Shown piece by piece: positions 57,948 to 64,000 of a stretch of 64,000 nucleotides of DNA (its first letter is position 1; each line of letters begins with the position of its first letter). The notes beneath the pieces are model-generated. The model saw only the letters and a program-made list of their open reading frames with translations, did no database searches and was not told where the DNA came from. Source of the DNA: Candidatus Aenigmatarchaeota archaeon (GTDB lineage Archaea; Aenigmatarchaeota; Aenigmatarchaeia; CG10238-14; SCSR01). The stretch is taken from contig JAWBWS010000003.1 of the NCBI GenBank assembly GCA_038999725.1, positions 1-64,000 on the forward strand. The letters are read 5' to 3'. The position numbers and the translations under genes are program-made.

Positions 57948-58103
57948 ATGGGTAAGAAACCTTTTGGTGGATATTCGATTTGCTTTAAAGGAAGGAAGGA
58001 AACCCTTGAACAAGTATTTGGTACAGCTCCTCTGACCCCAAGTGCGATGACGAAAAAGCTTTGGGCTTTTGTGAAAGCTAAAAAACTGGCAAAGAAAGAA
58101 TAG
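57948..58103 (+). CDS. 51-aa basic SWIB/MDM2-like half-domain protein (not in ORF track)
   Basis: MGKKPFGGYSICFKGRKETLEQVFGTAPLTPSAMTKKLWAFVKAKKLAKKE; TTTAAATA at 57910-57917. Confidence 0.7.
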   Translation: MGKKPFGGYSICFKGRKETLEQVFGTAPLTPSAMTKKLWAFVKAKKLAKKE

Positions 58104-58151
58104 AGTCGAAGAGAAGTTAAAAATTCTTTTGTTTGTGCTTAGCCAAAATTA

Positions 58152-58484
58152 TCAAAACCTCTTCATCTTTCTTGAAATTTCAATTCCTTTCTTCTTCTCT
58201 TTCTTCAAGCTTTTCCCAATTTTTTTACCAAGCCTCTCAAACAAAAGCTTGAGAGCAGAAGGAATGTCCCAACCATAAGCTTTGGCCACAAAAATTTTGT
58301 CGGAAGCTTTAACCTTAGCGTGAAAGGAATACTTCTTCCTTCCAGCAGGGCTATGTACATCAACATCAAGCTTTAAGCTTGTTATCTTCCAAATTTTTTC
58401 AAATTTTTTCAAGAATTTGCTAACTTCTTCTTCTATTTCAAATTTCTCTGGAATTGGTGCATGAGAAATCTCAACTTGAACCAT
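58152..58484 (-). CDS. Stand-alone HPF/RaiA-like domain protein
   Basis: G.KKYS.HAKV....FVAKA.GWD...AL..L..RL.K.I pattern. Confidence 0.6.
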   Translation of the reverse strand: MVQVEISHAPIPEKFEIEEEVSKFLKKFEKIWKITSLKLDVDVHSPAGRKKYSFHAKVKASDKIFVAKAYGWDIPSALKLLFERLGKKIGKSLKKEKKKGIEISRKMKRF

Positions 58485-58514
58485 AATTTTATTTTTTGTT
58501 TTTATTCTAAAAAA

Positions 58515-59264
58515 TCACTCTTCCTCAACTCTTGGTGCAAGCACAAAATTCAAGGTGAGCTTATCCTTAACTTCAAAACTCATTTTAAGAGGATAGTCTT
58601 GAGACCATTCCAACACGACAAAATCGCTAAGCTTTGTGGCTTTCACCATTTTCTTCAAGTACTCTAAAGGATACCTTGCCTTCACGCTTCCTGTAGCTTT
58701 TAGTTCCACCAAAGCTTTGTTTCCTTTTTCAAGCTCAAGCTGGTTGGAACTTATATCACCCTCAGCCCTCATCAAAAACTTGGAGGAAGAGGCTTCAAAA
58801 ACTATGGTGTCTGCAGTAACTTCGGCATCAGCAATTCCAGTTTCAAGAACGTCTGAACTTAGTTGTGCTTTTGTCGTGAATTCAAGCTGATCTATTCTTG
58901 GGATTTCCTCTTGGCTTAGCTCCAGCAAGGGCAACACAAACCTCCTCTTGCTAGAATTCTCGAAAATGATTTCGAGTTTTGAATCTTGTAAGTTAAAGAT
59001 TACCTTATCGTCTCCTCTTGCCCTCTTCAAGACTGAAAGGAAATTTGAAATATCCAAACCAATTGACTGCTCTTTATCAATCTCATATTCCTCAAAAGCA
59101 AGGGAAGAAATTTTGAAATCAACAGCGGCAACCATTGCTCTATCAGAAGCTATCAAACTTATACCATCTTTCGCTAGCTTGAAGACACCCTCATCTATAA
59201 GTTCAGCTATTGTAGAAATGGAGTTCACAAGCAAGCCCACATCTTTAAGAGTTGCTTTAAACAT
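58515..59264 (-). CDS. pcn: PCNA sliding clamp
   Basis: MFKATL, LIDEG.F, DR.MV, DYPL, LAPRVE. Confidence 0.97.
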   Translation of the reverse strand: MFKATLKDVGLLVNSISTIAELIDEGVFKLAKDGISLIASDRAMVAAVDFKISSLAFEEYEIDKEQSIGLDISNFLSVLKRARGDDKVIFNLQDSKLEIIFENSSKRRFVLPLLELSQEEIPRIDQLEFTTKAQLSSDVLETGIADAEVTADTIVFEASSSKFLMRAEGDISSNQLELEKGNKALVELKATGSVKARYPLEYLKKMVKATKLSDFVVLEWSQDYPLKMSFEVKDKLTLNFVLAPRVEEE

Positions 59265-59553
59265 ACAATCCCTCTTTCTTATATAATTCTTCTGCTTTCT
59301 TAAATAAATTTAAATCAAATCCTTTTAAATCTTGTACCACATCAGCCTTAAGCTTACCGTCAACCAAAGAACAAAAAACTCTCACCAACTCACCTTCTTT
59401 AACCTCTTCTTCAGAAAAAATTTCTATCTTCCCGGTCTCGTCTTCAAGAATAAAAGAATTCTCCGAAACTTTTGCTATTTTGCCAATTAAAGCAACCTTT
59501 GAATCGATTCTTGAAATTGATGAGATTTTTCTCGGCAAATAATGTTCTACCAC
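59257..59553 (-). CDS. RPA3 (RPA14)-like OB-fold subunit
   Basis: RKIS.I...DSKVALIGK, LEDETG, VRV, ADVVQD. Confidence 0.75.
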   Translation of the reverse strand: MVEHYLPRKISSISRIDSKVALIGKIAKVSENSFILEDETGKIEIFSEEEVKEGELVRVFCSLVDGKLKADVVQDLKGFDLNLFKKAEELYKKEGLYV

Positions 59554-59607
59554 AAAGTTAAATTTAAGAGTTGGAAAATAAAAGCATTTTCTCTTTATTC
59601 AAAAATT

Positions 59608-59928
59608 TTAGCCATAAGAACGCCAACTGTATCCACACTTCTTACATTTATAGAATATTGTGGGAGGTTCATCTGCTGCCCTTGTTTGTTGCATCCACCA
59701 ATAAGCTTCCATATTCTCACACTTAGGGCACATTATTCTTGTTGTTGGAAACTCGGCAATGCCTTCATCTTTTCCCATCACTATCACTTCCTTCTTCCTC
59801 CCCTCCACCTTCCCTCCAATTTCAATCTTTTCCCTGGACTTGACAGTAAACCCGCACTTCCTGCAAACCAAGTAACCTTTTCTCTTTTTATCAGCAATCA
59901 TCAAATTTCCACATTTTGGACAAAACAC
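59608..59928 (-). CDS. tfs: Transcription factor S
   Basis: FCPKCG; QTRAADEP.T.FY.C.KC. Confidence 0.95.
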   Translation of the reverse strand: MFCPKCGNLMIADKKRKGYLVCRKCGFTVKSREKIEIGGKVEGRKKEVIVMGKDEGIAEFPTTRIMCPKCENMEAYWWMQQTRAADEPPTIFYKCKKCGYSWRSYG

Positions 59929-60585
59929 TCAAATTCCTCCAAAGATCCAATGAAATATAACTTTAAAATATCCTAATTTTGGTATAATAAATATTACCCT
60001 TCCTTTTATTTGTTCCCTTTTCACAGAATATTCAAATGGAAGCAAACCAGAATTGTGATCTCCTTTTGTCATGTAGCTTCCATCAGGATTAACTTTAATT
60101 ATTCTGTGGATCACCGGAATTTTTTGACCAGGGACTTCATAAACTATCACATCCCCCACTTTATACTCATCACTTCCTTGAACTATAGGCAGATCACCTA
60201 CCTCAAACCCATTTTTTATAGGCCAAGAATCTATATAGCTTCTGTTATAGCCCAAATTTTCTTCCAACCATCTGTAATGAGTTATTTCTATGGTTTCATC
60301 ATGAAGCATGGAAGATGTTAAAACAGAAACTGCTGGATAGTCTGTAGCAAGAACCAAACCAAGAAAGCCTTTAAAAATTAAAGCTGCAATGGCTCCACCT
60401 AAAATGTAAGGTAAGTAAGATTCTTGCTTGAAATAATACAGAAGAAGCACGCCAAAAATCACTAGCAGATAGGTTGTTATGTTTGTGATTGAAAATAGGT
60501 AAAGCAAAACAACTGATAAAAAAATGTAAAGGAAGATTCCATACTTCTTTTCAATTTTTTTCCACTTTCTCTTAAGCTCTTCCAT
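59929..60585 (-). CDS. Signal peptidase I (Sec11-type)
   Basis: V..SSM, GDVIVY, PVIHR, TKGD.N. Confidence 0.92.
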   Translation of the reverse strand: MEELKRKWKKIEKKYGIFLYIFLSVVLLYLFSITNITTYLLVIFGVLLLYYFKQESYLPYILGGAIAALIFKGFLGLVLATDYPAVSVLTSSMLHDETIEITHYRWLEENLGYNRSYIDSWPIKNGFEVGDLPIVQGSDEYKVGDVIVYEVPGQKIPVIHRIIKVNPDGSYMTKGDHNSGLLPFEYSVKREQIKGRVIFIIPKLGYFKVIFHWIFGGI

Positions 60586-61153
60586 AACTTTCCCCTCTTG
60601 CAATTCCAGTGGCTATTATATGGGCTATCCTCAGAGGCTCTGGTATGTAACTTCTCGTGCAGCTCAACTTTATCACTTCTCTAGCTGTTGAATCATCAAT
60701 CCCTATATTTTGGTAATAAACCTTTTTAAAGTCTTTGATGCAGCATTCTTTTATTTTGCCAGCATTTTCCACAGCCTTCCACCTTTCTTCAAAATCTTCA
60801 AACTTCTTCAAGGCTCTCTTCACTCTTACCAAATCTGGCATCTTTCTGTTTATCACTATTACTGGGATCTTCGTCTCTTCAAAAATTCTCTTGATGTCAA
60901 CCATGTTGAAACCTGCCAAAGTAATTCCATCGAACATCATAACTTTAAGTTGCTGTTTGTGCCTGCTAGAATTCACAAGCTTTATTATTTTTTCGGTTGC
61001 ATCATTACCATCGACCAAAACTTCAATTTTGAGCACACCATCTAAAAATTTACCACCCCTGAAAACCACCCCTACAACAGGAACCAACTCTCTGCTTCTT
61101 GGTGTGAAGGCGCTATCATCAAAACCAAGAATTCTTATCTCAGGTTTTAGCAT
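60572..61153 (-). CDS. DUF99 endonuclease-V-like protein
   Basis: RILGFDD, DG.DAT, GIT.AGFN, PEPLR.AH.IA. Confidence 0.88.
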   Translation of the reverse strand: MLKPEIRILGFDDSAFTPRSRELVPVVGVVFRGGKFLDGVLKIEVLVDGNDATEKIIKLVNSSRHKQQLKVMMFDGITLAGFNMVDIKRIFEETKIPVIVINRKMPDLVRVKRALKKFEDFEERWKAVENAGKIKECCIKDFKKVYYQNIGIDDSTAREVIKLSCTRSYIPEPLRIAHIIATGIARGESYGRA

Positions 61154-61315
61154 GTTTTCTAAGTAAGAGAATAGGATTTTGTAGATATTAAAGTTTTTTA
61201 CAAAAGATTTCTTTGTAAGTTTATTTAATCTCACATAAGCTTTAAGATTTCAAGAAGCCCCTTCCATTAATTCAAAATTTATTAAATTTAAAAACAAAAT
61301 TATGAAGTGATTTGA

Positions 61316-61486
61316 ATGGTGAAAAAAATTTTCCCAGAAGCAATGGCAAGGCTTTATTCTAGAGTTTTTGTTTGCAGGGTTTGCAAGAGCAAGATGAGGG
61401 CAGACCCTGCCAAGGTGAGAGCCGGAAAAATTAAATGTAGGAAATGTGGTTCTAAATCTCTCAGGCCAAAGAAAAGACCCATGTGA
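61316..61486 (+). CDS. rpl40e: 50S ribosomal protein eL40 (not in ORF track)
   Basis: MVKKIFPEAMARLYSRVFVCRVCKSKMRA...KCRKCGSKSLRPKK. Confidence 0.9.
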   Translation: MVKKIFPEAMARLYSRVFVCRVCKSKMRADPAKVRAGKIKCRKCGSKSLRPKKRPM

Positions 61487-61490
61487 TGAT

Positions 61491-61730
61491 ATGGAGATAA
61501 GTTACATAACAACTCGGGATTTGCAAAATTCTGCAGGCCAAACAAAGGGTAAAGTGAGGGTAATTGTTTTGAAAGGTGAAAGCATTGCCAACATAGAGTT
61601 AATTTGCCCGGAATGTGGTCAAGCCCAAAAGAAAAAACAAGAATTCAAAATACCTTTGGATTTGAGATGTGAAAAATGCGGCTTCAGGGTGAAGCTTCAA
61701 AGACTGAGGAAAGAAATCAAGAAGAAATAA
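61491..61730 (+). CDS. Small Zn-ribbon protein
   Basis: CPECG...CEKCG; start reassigned to MEISY. Confidence 0.75.
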   Translation: MEISYITTRDLQNSAGQTKGKVRVIVLKGESIANIELICPECGQAQKKKQEFKIPLDLRCEKCGFRVKLQRLRKEIKKK

Positions 61731-61779
61731 AAACTTATTTTTATATCCCAAATTATCAATTGAAGAGCATTAGCTCTTC

Positions 61780-63090
61780 ATGATTTCCATGATAGAATTC
61801 CAAAGAGTTTGGAACTGGTATTCTCGCGAATCTGTGCTCAAGGCTATTGTTGAGGCTGCAAAAAACAGGGAAGTTGTTGCAGTCTATCGTGATGGTATTT
61901 TCGGTAAAAGGCCTGACATGCTTCAATACATTCAAGATGTTCTTCAATCGGTGGCCAAAGGTGCCATATCTTTTCATGGCTCTGTCGAAAGATGGCAACA
62001 ACCCATGAAACTTGATGTGGGGTTAAGCAAAGCTCAGCTTGATGCCATGAGGATTGGGTGGGATGTTTTATTTGATGTTGATGTTGATGTTTTTGAAATT
62101 GCCAAAATTACCGTTAAACAACTGATAGAAGCTTTCAAAGACCATGGTGTTTCTAGCTATAGTGTTAAATTCACGGGGGGCTCTTCTTTCCATGTTGGAA
62201 TACCTTTTGAAGCCTTACCTGAAAAGATCAATGCTCAACCAACTGCTGCTCAATACCCGGAAATCTTGCAGAAAATAATAGAATATGTGAAATGGTACAT
62301 CAAGGATCAAGTGAAGGAAGAAATCATGGCTTTAGCAAGGCCTGAAGAAATTGCCAGCAGGATAGGAAAGCCTTTGAAAGAGATAACAGAAAATGGTGAA
62401 ATTTCTCCATTCAAGATAGTTTCCATGGACGTCTTTGGCTCAAGGCATTTGTTCAGGCTTCCCTACAGTTTACATGAAAAAACCCTTAACGTGAGTTTGC
62501 CGATAAAACCAGAGCATATAGATAAATTTGAAGTTCATCAAGCTTTGCCAGAAAAAGCCAAAGTTGAAGAAAAATTTCTTGTGCCAAAATCGAGCTTAAA
62601 TGATGCAGAAGCTTTGGTTATAGAAGCTTTGGACTGGAGCGCTAAACACTTGCGTGAAATCAAGGAGGAAATACCAAAAGTGATTACCACCAAAAAGAAA
62701 ATTAAAACAGTGCCAGAAAATTTCTTCCCCCCTTGCATTAAAAACATCTTACAAGGCTTGAGCGATGGAAGAAAAAGAAGCCTTTTCATTCTAACAAATT
62801 TCTTGAGAAACATGGGTTGGAGTTTAGAAAAGATAGAAAGCAAGATAACTGAATGGAACTCCAAAAACATACCCCCTCTAAGGAATAGCTATTTGAGAAC
62901 TCAGTTGAGGTGGCACTTCAGGCAAGAGAGAAATCTACTGCCACCAAATTGCGATAATGAGAATTTTTACAAGGCTATTGGGGTGTGCAAGCCAGATGAA
63001 GTGTGCGCAAGCGATGGTGAGATTGTGTTAAAGAATCCTGTCAACTATCCTTTCAAGAAGCTCAAGACCAAGAAAAAGAAAAGGGTTTAA
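61780..63090 (+). CDS. Fused DNA primase PriS-PriL
   Basis: WDVLFDVD, KFTG.S.FH, RLPYSLH (AEP domain) plus FPPCI...PPNC....C....C..NP (PriL Fe-S domain). Confidence 0.92.
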   Translation: MISMIEFQRVWNWYSRESVLKAIVEAAKNREVVAVYRDGIFGKRPDMLQYIQDVLQSVAKGAISFHGSVERWQQPMKLDVGLSKAQLDAMRIGWDVLFDVDVDVFEIAKITVKQLIEAFKDHGVSSYSVKFTGGSSFHVGIPFEALPEKINAQPTAAQYPEILQKIIEYVKWYIKDQVKEEIMALARPEEIASRIGKPLKEITENGEISPFKIVSMDVFGSRHLFRLPYSLHEKTLNVSLPIKPEHIDKFEVHQALPEKAKVEEKFLVPKSSLNDAEALVIEALDWSAKHLREIKEEIPKVITTKKKIKTVPENFFPPCIKNILQGLSDGRKRSLFILTNFLRNMGWSLEKIESKITEWNSKNIPPLRNSYLRTQLRWHFRQERNLLPPNCDNENFYKAIGVCKPDEVCASDGEIVLKNPVNYPFKKLKTKKKKRV

Positions 63091-63132
63091 ATAATCACTT
63101 TTAAGGTTTTATATAAGATTGGTTATAAGCGA

Positions 63133-63690
63133 ATGGGAAAGAAAATGGAAGAAGCAATAACTTTTGAACTGATAAGGAAGATCCAAAGAGAGGAAGAGAG
63201 ATCACCAAAACTCTCCAAGCTACCCGAGAATTTTTATCAGAATGTTAAGAATTACCTTCAGCAAAAAAAGAAGATTCTGGAGAAAATGGAAGATAGGAAA
63301 GCTTCAATTGAAATAAAAAATATAGAGAGGTTAGTCGAGGATATCTTCAACAGAAGGGAGAGGAAGATAGTGACACAAGCTATTAATTCAGCAAGAGTTG
63401 GTTTGGTTGTAGAGAATTTAACAGATGAGGAGAAAGAGTTTTTTGAAAAAGTTAGAGATTTGGTTAAAAATAGGAGGGAAAAAATTTTGAAAGAATTGTT
63501 GGAGAAGGAGGAAGAAGAAAAAGAAAGTGTGAGCATGGTTGTTTTCAGGCAAGCTGTTCCTGAATTCATTGGCACAGACATGAAGACTTACGGTCCATTT
63601 GAGAAAGGTGATATGGCTAAGCTTCCGGAAGAAAATGCTAGGGTTTTGATCGAAAAGGGTTTGGCAGAAGAGCTCAAAGTTAGCAAATAG
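63133..63690 (+). CDS. GINS subunit (Gins51-type)
   Basis: LSKLP.NFY, R.RKI, C-terminal P.F.G.D...YGPF..GD B-domain. Confidence 0.9.
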   Translation: MGKKMEEAITFELIRKIQREEERSPKLSKLPENFYQNVKNYLQQKKKILEKMEDRKASIEIKNIERLVEDIFNRRERKIVTQAINSARVGLVVENLTDEEKEFFEKVRDLVKNRREKILKELLEKEEEEKESVSMVVFRQAVPEFIGTDMKTYGPFEKGDMAKLPEENARVLIEKGLAEELKVSK

Positions 63691-63742
63691 ATTGAAGAAT
63701 GTAAAGAAAAATTTAAATAGTTTTTTTCTTTACTTAATTGTG

Positions 63743-63973
63743 ATGAGCTTGTCTTCGATTTTGAACAAACTGAAAAAAATGGTTGGAAACTCTTTAATTG
63801 GGGAAATATCTCTATATTGTGAAATATGTAACAGAGTTGTGATTATTAGTGAGGAAGAAAGAAAGAAGTTGGGAATATACAATCCTGAAAAAGATCTTAA
63901 AATTTTGAGTTGCCCCATCTGCAATGTACCCTATGGTAAAAAGTTTTACCTATACGATTATTCTAAGGAGTAG
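63743..63973 (+). CDS. Small hypothetical Zn-binding protein
   Basis: CEIC...CPIC. Confidence 0.55.
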   Translation: MSLSSILNKLKKMVGNSLIGEISLYCEICNRVVIISEEERKKLGIYNPEKDLKILSCPICNVPYGKKFYLYDYSKE

Positions 63974-64000
63974 TTTAAAAATTTAAATTAATGGGAAAAG

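Noticed and set aside
1179..63924. Many antisense or overlapping ORFs in the track (e.g. 1179..1637, 19586..19996, 38554..38823, 56750..57148, 59542..59976)
   Set aside because: They are shadow frames of well-supported genes, with low-complexity F/S/L/I-rich translations and no motifs

Overview
AT-rich archaeal chromosomal segment, most likely from a DPANN lineage. The main evidence is a fused PriS-PriL primase and compact genes; 'Aenigmarchaeota-like' is my guess only. It carries housekeeping genes (tRNA-Leu GAG, tRNA-Ser GGA, uL16/L10e, eL40, split MetRS, PCNA, RPA3, TFS, GINS, SepF, NreA, NurA, TIP49), a redox/central-metabolism block (Trx-TrxR-GDH-nitroreductase, Cys-type formate-dehydrogenase-like molybdoenzyme, NnrD, PEP synthase), and an accessory cell-surface region at ~32.4-55.7 kb (AbrB/RelE toxin-antitoxin, frameshifted integrase relic, giant subtilase, Gly-Tyr/Thr-rich surface protein, glycosylation cluster). 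I read several <60-aa genes missing from the ORF track by hand. They include a short (face-to-face type) histone and a 51-aa 'half-SWIB' protein that is divergent from a Zn-ribbon/Hsp20(CS)-TIP49 gene pair; this is the best candidate for an undescribed system. The second candidate is an HprK-like kinase/methyltransferase/nucleotidyltransferase cassette bounded by exact 29-bp direct repeats. All family assignments come from motif recognition by eye; no searches were run.
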